Shown here piece after piece: positions 29,119 to 41,300 of a stretch of DNA of 64,000 bases. The first letter of the stretch is position 1. Every line of letters starts with the position of its first letter. Under the pieces are notes generated by a model. That model did no database searches, was not told the origin of the DNA, and saw only the letters and a program-made list of their open reading frames with translations. The stretch is from Balanoglossus misakiensis (lineage: Eukaryota; Animalia; Hemichordata), in the NCBI GenBank assembly GCA_040954595.2, contig CM082585.2, positions 7,975,353-8,039,352 of the forward strand, in the 5' to 3' direction. The position numbers and the translations under genes were made by a program.

Positions 29119-31558
29119 TTACTGAAATAAACACAGAAAAATGCAGTTACAAACGCTGCCACCTAACCATTTCACCCCAAGTTTACTCTATAGAGGTCCA
29201 ACTTTACAATAGAAAACAATGGATTTGGACCAAACCATGGTTGTGAAAGGGTTAAATGGCACAAGCAACCAGTTTCAACTGGGGTATCATCTGTTTGTAG
29301 TATTCTGTCTACACAACAATTTATAGTGCCTGCATAGAAAACGGTAGACCACAAACTTAATCTTGCATCTTTTTTATTTCAAGCTGCTCATGAATATGTG
29401 AACAACTTGTATAATGGGCAAGATGCGTGTATGTAAAATACAGATATAGAAAATCGCAACTCCAAAGCTGTAGGATCTGCATTTTTGTCGTCTTTGGCAA
29501 CTAGCAAATGATTTTGGTAAGAAAAGCTTGCTTGTCGCGACTACTCACCACTTTCTCTGCTAGAAGGCCGTCCTTGAGGAATAAGAAGGTGGGCGTGTTC
29601 TCGTCTTCTCCCCAGTGTAGGAGAACGACCATGCCTTCTACATCTCCACTCTCACCAGTGTAAAACTCGTATTTTTTGAAGTTCTTTTTTTGTAAAACCT
29701 CTTTAATGAATGGTGCCATGCCGGCCGTGAAAATGGGAACTCTGTCAGGGTTCTCTTCCAGCAGCTTTTCCTTCAATCTACAAAGAAGAAAGAAAAGGTC
29801 AATTATTGCCACCCTAACCCTTATCTTGCTAAGTCAGTGAAAAGCAGTGTCATTGTGTTATCCCCCCCCCCCCCTTAGAATACCAGGCAAAGCACGCACA
29901 TTTCAAAGAAACAAAGTTATCAAACTCTGTCAGAGTATGTCCAATGGCCAAAAGCATCGGTAAAGTAGCTGGTATCAAGCCCTGTATGATTCAGGTTTTA
30001 ATGTAGGGGACTACTACTCAAAATTTAGAACATTGTTATTTTCAGGATATTTATCTTGTGGGGTTATTCACAAAATATGGCCCTGTATGGACGAGGGCTC
30101 AGTGAGTGAGGCGTATTGGACGAGCCACAGAGGAAAACATACGCGTTTTATGGGTCCACACACACTGAAAGCACACATAGCACTGTGAACATGGTGGTCA
30201 CCACCACGTTAGCGTTACCACACACCTCTTTGAATAGTCCTTGATGTACGTCGTGTAACTTTCCCTGTTGAAACTGGTCTGTTTCAGCTTGTGATTGACA
30301 ACAACATCCAGTCCAGAAACTGAAGCACTACCATCCGCTTGCTCATCCGCATCGCAACCTTCAGCCGAGGCATTGCCACCAAACATTTCCTCTCCTACAT
30401 TTGTGGTTTCGGTTTTTTGCTGTCGACAGACATCAGTAAATGTTAGGGAGAGTTCAGACTGTATGATCTAAACATCTTTTGCCAAATCTATATAATGGGC
30501 CATTATTACTTCAGAATAAAGTAACATTTGTTAATACTATACGCCTAACCATGGACCACTTCGCCGATAGCATAACGCAGGGTGTTGTGGGACAGTTTGC
30601 GTTCTGAGCGCGTGCGTTAGCCATGTATTAGACGCCATGTTGAACGCAAATTATACCATCATGCATTGCAGATACACTATCCTAGAAGTGGTCTGTGATT
30701 GGGGTGAGCGTTTTCAGATGGGTGTGAATGCCTGTTGGTCAAATGTCACTCCAAGCCAAGAAGAGTCATCGACAACTATAACTATATTAATTTAATATCA
30801 AGCAAGAATGCACAACATGAAACAATCAGCTGTGCCAGCTATATGAAAGTAACTTTGCACACACTTGTACGGTACACGGGCGAATCAACGTTCAAAACCG
30901 CACAATTGGCTACAGCAATACTTACTTTAGCCTTAATTTCATAGTATAAATCGTCCTTTAATTTGATATCTTTGAAAGTGTCTGCAAACATTTCATCACC
31001 TGTGGACAGTAGAAATAGAACTGTAGTGTTATAATCATTTGGAAACTGAAGTTTAACATTAACATATTATATAAATGGTTGTTACATGTACAATGTGGCT
31101 GTACATATGTAACATACTGGCCCAGTAATTTACTTTATCGCAACCAAGCAGGATCTCTCCTAACCATTCACTTACTCAGACCGGAAATCGTGACGAAATT
31201 TTTTTATTGAGTGACCGGAAACGCAAACCTTGAACTCACAAGACTGGAGCTGAACGACAAAACTTGTCACAGTAATGATCGGATTGATTTTATAAAATAT
31301 ACAATACAAGATCTGTATTTACTATTTAAACACAGTAAGAAAAGCTTGGAAAAAATATGAAATACTTGATTGTCCGTTCATAAATTGTGATCTTTGTCCC
31401 GAGTTTGAAGAGCAGTAGTGCCGGTTGCGATATTTCCGGTGCGATTATCGGGCGAATTAAACATCATCGGAAAAGACTGGGCAGTACATTGATTTACCTG
31501 ATATTTAAACTTATCAGAGAAATGACTTACCGGAGAAAATATCCTTGTAGATGATCAT
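29119..31558 (-). CDS. TPT1: Translationally controlled tumor protein (TCTP)
   Basis: Exons: MIIYKDIFSG (31558-31531), DEMFADTFKD.. (~31000-30924), FGGNASAEG..SGLDVVVNHKL..YIKDYSK (~30420-30227), LKEKL..YEFYTGES..TPTFLFLKDGLLAEKV (~29777-29549). The final exon contributes only the TAA (29121-29119). Confidence 0.95.
29164..29255. mobile_element. ~92-bp piggyBac-type MITE (TTAACCCTTTCAC...GTGAAAGGGTTAA family)
   Basis: Terminal inverted repeat TAACCATTTCAC / GTGAAAGGGTTAA. The internal sequence is shared with copies at 39617, 61022, 63720 and degenerate copies at ~26381 and ~51941. Confidence 0.7.
29289..29427 (-). ncRNA. Candidate box H/ACA snoRNA in the last TPT1 intron
   Basis: Hairpin 1: GCATCTT/AAGATGC lower stem, pocket, 11-bp upper stem CAAGTTGTTCA/TGAGCAGCTTG. 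H box AGATTA (ANANNA). Hairpin 2: TTGTGGT/ACTACAA with upper stem TCTATGCAG/TTGTGTAGA. ACA lies 3 nt from the inferred end; length ~139 nt. Vertebrate TPT1 is a known H/ACA host (SNORA31). Confidence 0.75.
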
Positions 31559-31609
31559 TTTGAGAGGATTTCGATGGATTTCACAAGAATGTCACCCACA
31601 AGCCAATAT

Positions 31610-31630
31610 GGCAGATACGAAAAGGACCGA
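31610..31630 (-). promoter_or_regulatory. TCT/5'-TOP-like transcription start of TPT1
   Basis: The minus strand reads GGTCCTTTTCGTATCTG about 65 nt upstream of the ATG. TCTP is a known TOP mRNA. Several CCGGAA (ETS/GABP) sites occur in intron 1. Confidence 0.5.
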
Positions 31631-32033
31631 TCTTGGGGGACGATTTCGCAATAGTCGAAGAGCCGAAGATGACGTCACTTGCCTTACGCGATGTCAGCCG
31701 CGTGAGGGCGCCCAGCGACATGACAGGATAACGCAAATGGCGGATGCCAGTATTTCTACGCCCTTTCCATTCCTTACAAAATTCTGTCAAAATATAAAAC
31801 CCCAGTAAAAAAACACACAAAAAATTCAGCCATGGCAGTGAAGCACTCTTTATTTCAAACAGCATTTTCTAAAATGTCTGGACAACAATAGAGCAATATG
31901 ATTTGAATATAATAATCCATGTTACGAATAGAGTGACTAACAATAGAAACAAAGAAGATACATCCACAGGGACTAAAATCAAATCTTATCAAATGTTATT
32001 AAGTGTAGAATTCCGTAAACTGAACTCATCAGA

Positions 32034-34004
32034 TCACCTGTGTCTAGTCCGTTCACTTTCTCTGGATCTCTCCCTCTCCCTATGTCTATCTCTCTCATGA
32101 TCAGTGTCTCTGTGTCTATATCTATCATAGTCTCTTTCTCGTCTATCATCATAGTCTCTTTCTCGTCTATCATATCCAGAGCGCCTGTGTCTCTCAGTCT
32201 CTCTGTCTCTGTCACCCCTTCTGTGCTGGTCTCTGTCTCTATGACCGGCGTCTCTGTGCGAAGATTCCCGCCGCGCATCAGACCTGTCCTGGCCCGACCA
32301 TCCCTCGCTCCCCCTTCCGTCAGTCGCCCCCCGGTGTTTCTGCCTCCGTTCCTCGTCGCTGCCGTCCCTCCGCCGGTATCCCCTTCCCTCGTTGCTACTT
32401 TCGTGTCTTGGTTGACGCCTTCCTCGCTCGTCTTCGCTCTCATCATCGCTGTCGTGTCTGCGTCTTTGCCGCCCCTCTGCAGCTTTCTCGTATCCTGGAT
32501 CCGGCTTCTCTTGTTTGATCTTCACGGCCTCTTTTGTCCTCTCATCGCCGCGTTGTCTCTCCTTGCTATCGTCCTTTCTATCCTTGCGTTTTGATTTCTT
32601 CTTTGTTTTCTTCTCAGAGTCTGATTTGCGATGAAGAAAATAAAATCAGAAAATCATTGCTATTGACAAAAAATCAACATTTCTATACAAGGTATATTGA
32701 AGATACAAATAAGCAAAATTTCAAAGTAATTTGACCAGTAGCAGTAGTTCTTGATTTTTCCAATGTTCACATTTTCAACTCATTTGCATAGTGACATCTT
32801 TGTTTAGGTCATGCCAGTATGTGTTAGTTGAAAGTACATGTACAGACTTCAACTTAACTTCTTCATCACAGAAGGGCAGCACAGGGGACATTGAGATCAA
32901 ACATTGTAGCACACTCAATACACATGCTTTAATCATAAACAACCAATACATTAAACTCACCCTTTTTCAACTTCTTCACTCTGATTTCATAGACCTCCTC
33001 ATCCGAAGAAGATGCTGATGATGACTGCGGAGGAGTCTTTGGTGCACATCCTTCGGTCCTCAGCATCTTCGTGAGGTCGTCGTCACCTTCGTCCTCCTTC
33101 GGCTTTCTGTAGTTTGCCACATGGTCGACCCGCAGTGTCCGGCCAAGGAGCTTGACGCACGAACAAATAAAAGTGAGAGTCAACTCAATAAGCTATCAAT
33201 CCAGCAAGTTTCGTAACAAGATCATAACAGCTAAAATCTTAAAAAATGTGGTCCCGACACATGGATAGGGTGTTTTGATGATCAAGGCCAACACATTTTT
33301 TAAGTTCATGTATTTCATCTGAAATCTCTGATTACCTTGATACCGTTGAAATTATCCACAGCCAGTATAGTACTTCGCTGATCCTCGTAGCAAATGAAAC
33401 AGAATCCCTTCTGCTTTCCGGTCGCCTTGTCCCTCACCAAGTTAATGTTGACAACTTCGCCATACCTAGACAGCATCAAAACGTTTTGTATTTAGACACA
33501 AATTCCAATAGACACGTTGAATTTTACATCGGGAGCATCGAGAAAATTATTACCTGGCTGTGAACATTGAATGACAAGGCCCCAGGTCACCACATTACTT
33601 ACTGAGAAAACACACACAGCACATCCCCTTCGGTCAGATCGTACGGAAGTCCACCGATGAATATCCACGCACTGTCTTTGTACTGCTTGTGCCATGATTT
33701 CCCCGGGTCTACTCCAAGCTGCGCTTCGTTCAACTTGTTGATGTTCTTCACATTAGTTAAAGGGCTGTGGGTGGTTTAACAAAATGAAAAGAAAAGCTTT
33801 AGATTACTGAAAACAAAGCTGGTTCACCGTTCAGTGGTTGTGCATGATACAGTCGGAATCTGGACGACTTGTTTCTGGGGGCTGCGGCCCAACCATGGCA
33901 CCCAGTGCGTTACATGACACACGTTACCGTTCTTTAACCAAAACAGCATGCCCTACAGCCTCAACCCAGTTATTTAAACGTAAGAATAGTCACACTTACT
34001 TCAT
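32034..34004 (-). CDS. RBMX2: RNA-binding motif protein X-linked 2 (RES complex, Snu17/Ist3 ortholog)
   Basis: Micro-exon ATGAA (34004-34000), then NPLTNVKNINKLNE..SWHKQYKDSAWIFIGGLPYDLTEGDVLCVFSQ / YGEVVNINLVRDKATGKQKGFCFICYEDQRSTILAVDNFNGIK / LLGRTLRVDHVANYRKPK, and an R/D/E-rich last exon (32620-32034). Confidence 0.96.
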
Positions 34005-36842
34005 TATAAGCTGTTACTCAACATTGACGCTACAAACCACACTTCATCCCCACTTTTTGACCTTTGACATGATTGAAGTGAATGCAACAATTCAAAACTG
34101 TGGGTTCGTCAGTTATATTATATTACTTTCATATCTTTATTTCATATGTTAAAATCAATCATGCTTTCTAAAAAGTATGATAAAGCCGAATATATGTTTA
34201 ATTTGTACATAATTTGGCGATTTAGTGTCCAAACGCTATATTACATGATAATACATCCATAGCACGTAATTCGTAATATCTTTGTTCTTCAAGCCAGGCC
34301 ATAGATGGCGCTGCTGTACTAACATAACCCGGCTGCCCGACGCGTCGGTGCCTTTTGACAAAGCCGTCTGTGTGTGTAGAGAATGTTACCTCTATGAAAT
34401 ACAATATCTTGAATATTATAAGAAGGCAAGAATAATTTCACGAGATCAACGTCTGATATATCTAGAATACAACAAGCGAGATTTTGAAGTAGAAATTCTA
34501 ACACAATGTTCACTAACGCCTGGCATGCTAGGCCATTAAAGAAGAAATCTAGCAATATTTTCCATTTCACATCGGGAAATGTTATCATTACCAATATTTT
34601 AAAAGTGAATATGACAGAGGAGACCCGTCATTATCGAACAACAAGGTAATTGACAATTGCCAATAGCCCGAGGTCAAAACAGGATACGATTCAAGTCCAC
34701 AATTGGTGTCTTTTGACAAGAATCTATCATAATTATTAGAGAAAATATGAGCATGTCTGTTGACACTTTTCAAACTTAAAAACGAATATTGCAACAATTC
34801 CCTCGAGACTGGCTTTTGTGATTGTTTTTAGCTCTGTCGTCGTGGCAACCGTCAAGCAAGAGTGATTTCCCATCTTCTAATTGACGTCACTGTCGCGTGT
34901 CCGTAGATGTTTCAGCATAAAACTCGCATTTTGTCCTTTTACGAAGGACTTGTTGCATTTGCCATCGGGACCTGTTGCACTTGCTACCGGGGACCTGTGA
35001 CTCTCTATACCGGGGACTATTGATGTAATACATATCAACAAGCCAGTCTTCGCCAAACGCTGTGGTCGCTCGCAGAGTTCGAAGTCGTCCGGATTATCTG
35101 GGGATTCGGACACAAAGAGGCCAGTCACACTTTATACGGTAATTTTGCTCATAGCGATTACGTGCATGCTTTGATGCTAATCCCCATTATCTTAATACAG
35201 AAATAAGACCCTCTTTACTTTGTATGATTGTGAACCCAGTTCATATGACGAGGAACACTCGGTGTACTTTTCCATCACTATTTAGCTGCTCAGGCACCTG
35301 AATGGAAATAATCACAAAGAATTCATATTTTCACGCATCTGTGAGCACGTAACCATGGCTCCTCGGACGCAGCTCTTCAATTATTTCGATTAAATTTCAC
35401 CTAAAGAGTACCACTTGAAACTGGCAAACCGTGACGATGTGCGTCATCACTATATTCTTTATTTAAAAGAAAAACTAAAATTTTAATGTATTAGGTTTAC
35501 CCACGACACAAAAACTGTTTTCCCTTGCGTTTGTCGAACTCGATTAGAAGGGAAAAAATGGTTAGTTTCGAGAAGCCACGTCGTTCCAGAGAATGACGCA
35601 ACGTCAAGGTTGGGTGAAACAAAAAATGACCTCCGAGAATCTATAAACAGATTACCAGGTTACAGGTAACCCAGTCCCCGTTACGTCAGCAGGTACGCCG
35701 GGTCACACCATGCGTCCGTTTCCATGGTTTTATTCACTAAACAGTCTTTTAAATGGCTGGATGGCATCGAAGTTCTCAAGGAGATACTGACATTGACTCT
35801 CACGCGAAACCAATTTAAATTTATTCACTGATTATTAACTTGGAATAGGGATAAAGATCTGTGCAGTCACGTAGGCAAAATCTACAGTCCCTTTGGCAAA
35901 TATTATCCGCTTTGAAGAACGATGCCTTCATAACACGCAGCACGATTTAAAGTTATAAAAAAATTAAGACCCACCTAACCTAAATACATCCTAAAACATC
36001 TGCGGATTTTACAAGGAACGTGTACTTATAAAGGTACTGTGCACAGAACGTGCTGAACTTAGTAATGGTAATGAATGGTGTATCCGTCTCATTTTGAATC
36101 ATACAAAGCTTTGATGGTCGACTTTCTCGGCATCTTGTCAGAGCGCGTTCAGACAAGCGCTGATATTGATGATGTTTTTAACGATTGCATGCGTGTCACT
36201 CGAGACTTGCCATAGGCGCATATGCTAGGCCTATCATTAACCGTGAAGTTCAATGTCACTGGTCTCTGTCACTACTGTGTTCACATTTAGCCCATAAGGG
36301 ACATTTTCGAGAGCTTTTTATCTTGTCCGCTCAAGATATTATCTTGTGAGCACAATAAAGTTTCTCGAGACACGAATGATCATTTTTTCGTGCGTCTCTA
36401 ACGCCCTGCGGTCTTTTATATGACCATGGCCGTCTTAAAATATTCAATATTACAGATAGATAAATAGATATTTTATTTTATATTTTATTCATGTTTCAGA
36501 TAAAAAAAAGTTACAAATTTTCAAATATTCATGAAACCCCAGTCGAGTATTGAGGCTTATGGGTCACTTTGCTTAACTGAGTACTACAATGCGGGTATCA
36601 AAATGAAGTTTATACAACAAAAAGTAATCCATCAAAATGATATTCCTTCTCCTTATATGAACATATCATATGGTAATTTGAAAATACGTTGACATGTTTA
36701 TCAGTGAACAAGTAGTATAATTTCTTATTTAAACTGTGGCTTTTCATGCAGGACACTTGATACGACAAGTGCGGTCGGTTAAAAGCGGTATTGGTTTACT
36801 TTCTCTCGGAAGAAGACAACTCGGTCTCCCAGCAACCACGCA

Positions 36843-37166
36843 ATGGCTACGGACGTGGGACAGGTGAACGGAGTAATTGATCAAGGTGCCGGGGACGAGC
36901 AAGGGGAGGCCCCGGGAGCCGGCGCCCTACTGCCGGGCTACATCGTGGCGTCGCAGATGGGAGCCGGGGAGGCGGTCGTTGGCGGCGCCGCGGGCGGAGA
37001 AGTGGCCGCTGCCGGCGGCGGGGGAGAGGCAGTCGGTGCCGGCGAATCTGGGTGTTGCGATTTCGACGCTGATTGTTGCTGTTGCGGCGACGGTGACTGT
37101 GGGTCGTGCCTGGACGCAGGGTGCGGCGCTATATGTGACAAAGGCGCCGACTGCACCATACTGTAG
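36843..37166 (+). CDS. 107-aa Gly/Ala-rich, Cys/Asp-rich microprotein ending in a CaaX box (CTIL)
   Basis: GC-rich ORF in AT-rich surroundings, good start context (GCAATGG), acceptor TTTTCATGCAG at ~36751. There are 11 Cys in the last 37 residues and a terminal C-T-I-L-stop. Confidence 0.75.
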   Translation: MATDVGQVNGVIDQGAGDEQGEAPGAGALLPGYIVASQMGAGEAVVGGAAGGEVAAAGGGGEAVGAGESGCCDFDADCCCCGDGDCGSCLDAGCGAICDKGADCTIL

Positions 37167-39616
37167 GAATGGACCCGTGAATGGGCCGAGAAACGAACGG
37201 TCTCCCATTTTATCTGTGAATGTGACGTGTAGGCCTACCAACACTTTCAGAACACACATTTGCAGACGGCGTTGTTATAACCACGGTCACCGTGTTATAC
37301 CTGACTGTCAAAAAGCCCTCCTTCACTGATACTTCTGGTGTTATGTTAAGCGATAAGGGCGATGTTCAAACATAATTTTCAAGTTCTGAAGTGATCACAA
37401 TAATGGATATACATGGTATCAGTTTTGATTTTGTACTCATTTTGGCCATAGAGGCCAGGCGTTGTTTTGAGCCAAACATGGCGCGCCTTGTTAATAAGGA
37501 TTTCTAGGAACAGTACCAAGAAATTGTTTTCTGTGTATAAAATTCACCTTCCTGTCCTACAACATACCCAGACAGTTCCTAAAACAAGATGCAGCGACAA
37601 CATTTAGAGCGGATTTAAAGTTCCGACTTTCAACAATAACTGCGCATCTATAGACTGTTATAAACCAAGCCGTAGACATTTCATGGGGGTAGGATAGAAC
37701 AAGAAACTAGTTAACACACACAAATATTGAATAACATAGTCAAGATTATAGCTATAGCTTTAAATTCACAGATTTTTTATACACATTTTCGATGAGAAGA
37801 CTTTAATTTAACTTTTGTTTTCAGGGTGGGAATCTTTCCTGCTAATTTGAATTTTCTGCAGGCAAGTGTCAATGTTCAATGCAAAAGCTTACTCGGAAAA
37901 CTATTTACGCTGTTTTTCGTTTTCAGATTGTAGTAAAACAAAAAACATGCTTATTATTTTACGTAGTTGTAAATAATATAAAGCATTAATATCGACAAGA
38001 AACTTTTCATGCTTTGAAAATTTGTAATCATAAACGTAGCGAAATATACCTTGATATAAAACTGTTTTAGGAACACATATGTGTTCGACACTAGAACGTA
38101 AATATGTATATAATGTAGATGTAAAATTAAAAAATTTTCTCTGGTAGTCGAAAGTATTTAGAATATTAGAGTGTTATTAATAATATAGCCGATTTTTTTT
38201 GGGGGGGTGGGGGGGGCGGGGGGTGATTTTCCTGTTTTACTCAATCAAGTTTTTATTTCTACTAATCAGCATTTTACATTTCACACTTTCCAATATCATT
38301 ATTGTAATTGTAGTACAATTGAATGAATTTCATTGAGTAGTTGTACAATTCGGAATAAAAGTTATACTTAATTAATTGTGAACTTTAAAAGTTTACTAGC
38401 AACAAATTCCAAAGTATTCATTTACAGACAACTTTGGCGATTTAACATTCTGACTTTTGCCCTTCTATAACAGACGTAAGTAAAGCTCACTAGATAACTA
38501 TGCTAATTTTCTCAAAAACCCTCATCCCTACAGCTTCGTCGGTACCGACAAACGGAAACAAGGTCGCCATGAAAACAACCGATGCCACGAACAAAACCAA
38601 AAGCATTGTGTGCCCTGGGCAGCGATGAACACTGCATCTCACGACATTTCAAAATGCAACACAGTTACCATGACGATGCCTATTTCGAATCTGTGGCTTT
38701 CAGTCCGAACCCAGCGATGCTTTAGTGTGCTTTATCACAGACAAAGAGGCTTTATGTACTTCGATGGTGCTGCGGGGAGGGGGGTATGTCGCTAGTTGAG
38801 CGCATGTCAACAAAGGTTCAAAATCGTACTGACGGAGTAATCTGTCTGTGCGTCCGTCTCTTGAGACCTGTTCTCTTCTTCCTCCCCGCATCTTTACATT
38901 GTACACACTGCTTGGTCAATAACACTACATAGCAAACGAAAATTCGCTCAATTTTGCCCACCGAAGGCTTTGAGCTTCCCGGTAAGTGGCTATTTAGCTG
39001 TGGTGTATGCTTTCACTTCGAAATGATCTTGGATAAGGGATCATTTTTTTCCTCAAAGTGGCGGGGTGCTTTTATCCGCAGAAAACGAAAAAGGAGGCCG
39101 ATAATTTTCTCCTTTTCGACACAGTGAACAGCCGAGTCTACATTATTCCTAAACTATTCAAACCCCTTAGGGGAAAGTGAAGAAAATCGTGACAATCTGA
39201 AAAGCAGTGAACGTCTTATCTGTGAATGCACCAGAAAAAAATAATCGTACAACGTCGAGCACACGGCTTTGTCATGTTCTCGCCGAGTGATCTCCGTTAC
39301 AATGATCGCTCAGTGTCAACGACACAACCACACCCGTTATGGTGTTAGTTTTACAGTTACTGCGAGAAATCCAGCTGAAAGGGCAGACAGGGCACTAAGA
39401 GCTGTAATGTCAAAACCTATTTTTAAAAATAATTGTGTGGGGGTTCAAGGCCCACACAACTAGATATGGACCGAATGCGTTATCAAGTGTCAATATCACT
39501 GTAGTCGATTTTCTGCGAAATCAAGATCTACATGCTCGCAAGTTGCAAAGCGAATACACTGGGAATAATAACGAGTTGGGGATTTTTTGTCCCGATTCGA
39601 AGGAGAGGCCGACCCT

Positions 39617-39709
39617 TTAACCCTTTCGTCGCTATTGTTTGGTCAAATCCCTTCGTTTTTCGACGTAAAGTTGGATCGCTATACAGGGAATTTGGGTTGA
39701 AAAGGTAAA
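39617..39709. mobile_element. MITE copy (same ~92-bp TTAA family, reverse orientation)
   Basis: TTAACCCTTTCG...GGGTTGAAAAGGTAAA; the reverse complement aligns with the copy at 29164-29255. Confidence 0.65.
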
Positions 39710-40559
39710 TCTCCAATTCGAGGTAAAATTAATGATATTCCTGGAGGTCAAGGTTACTGTTTTTCAGTAGTGGTCAGATATACGACCTGTTGCGGATGTA
39801 CATACCACGATTTAGTCTATTAGCTCTTCAATACACTGGCAATCAAAATTGTGGGACGGATCCCCGGAAGGCGAATAGTCCCCATTTCAAAAGATACAGA
39901 TTGTACACTGCGCAGATGGAGGGTTATTTCAACTTCCGCGCATTTATTTTGGGTTTCGTTTATTTGAAAACAGATATGACTCCAGAGCAGAACTCACAAA
40001 TCCTTCCATTTTTTGTTGCAAACTAATTATTTTGAAGGTTGGTTGTTGGGAAAGGTTATCTTATTCGTTTATCGCGGCCCCAGCATTTCCACTGTGTGTG
40101 ACTTCGCAAAATTCAAAGCAAATGCAGACCGGGTCTTTAGAATCATTATTTGAAAGGAGAAGTGTAGTTAAATGACAGGTCCTAGGGGCAAATGGGAGCT
40201 CACGAGTTCCAAATTAGGGATGTAATATTAAAAAAAAGATGTCAACAACAAAAGCTTATGAACCTGGGAAGGTTATCGCCATTAAACCGACAAATACCGA
40301 CAACTCGCTCTCTCCGGGATATTGACAACATAGATGGAAAATATAAGAACGCGTGTACGATGTTAGAAATGAATCGCTCGTCTGGGTTACTGGGAAAAGT
40401 CAAGACCGGTTAAGAATCTACAAAGAAGTTAAAACCATTTAACATAAGTTTATTTGGTAACACGTGTATATTCTAAATGCACAGAAGCGATTGTATTCCA
40501 ACTCGTATTGAAAAAAAACGCGAAATCGAAAGAAGAAATCCTCCCTTGCGTAAGAAGTG

Positions 40560-41300
40560 TCAATGTATATTATGAGCCTCTGAATGGGGAGAGGTTGTGT
40601 GCGATCTTGCTGAAGATAAGCCTCCGGAAACACGAGAATTTGTGCAGTATTATAAGTGTTTTGGGGAAGACATGGCTCGTGTTTTTTGTGGCCTGTTTTA
40701 ATAATCCCTTGTGCATGGCGAACGGTCTCATTCACAACAAGCCGATGTTCTTATAAGGTTATTTCGAGATTTCGAAAAGGTGTTCGACACAAAAATCTTG
40801 AAACGTTTCGGGTTTGGTTCTTCTCTCGTTGAGTGGATAAGTGTATTGCATTCTAAAATTAATAGCTGCTTCACTTCACACCAACGAAAACATATCTGTT
40901 TGAGTTTCTGCACGATCGAGATTCGTGTCAACACAAACGCGCCGGGAGCAACGTTATATAGTTGTTTACCACACAGCAACAAGATTGTGTATGTATTTGA
41001 AGATTTCGTCGCACTCAAAGGTAAGCGAGAGTTCGCTGGGAGTGGTCAAACATGTTCTTGTATTCTTTTTACAACAAGGGCAGAGTGTCTGTCAAGCTTC
41101 GAAATGTTAGAAATAACAAGATATGTTTTATTGATGCAATGACATTGTATGAAAAGGCTTGGTGGCCGATAGCGACAAAGGGGTGTTAATTGTAAGGTTT
41201 GCAAGAGCAATTCAAAATTCCGGAAAATTACCTTTTCATCGTTTTGTGAAGCTTCAACACGATAGTGTCGACCACCTTCACCAAACTGTGTCAAAACGGC
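40560..41300 (+). mobile_element. Decayed non-LTR retrotransposon (L1/Tx1-like reverse transcriptase fragment)
   Basis: Translation at ~40768-40870, DFEKVFDTKILKRFGFGSSLVEWISVLHSKINSC, resembles the RT motif DFEKAFD...L..FGFG..F..WI..LY. Flanking frames are broken and boundaries are approximate. Confidence 0.55.
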
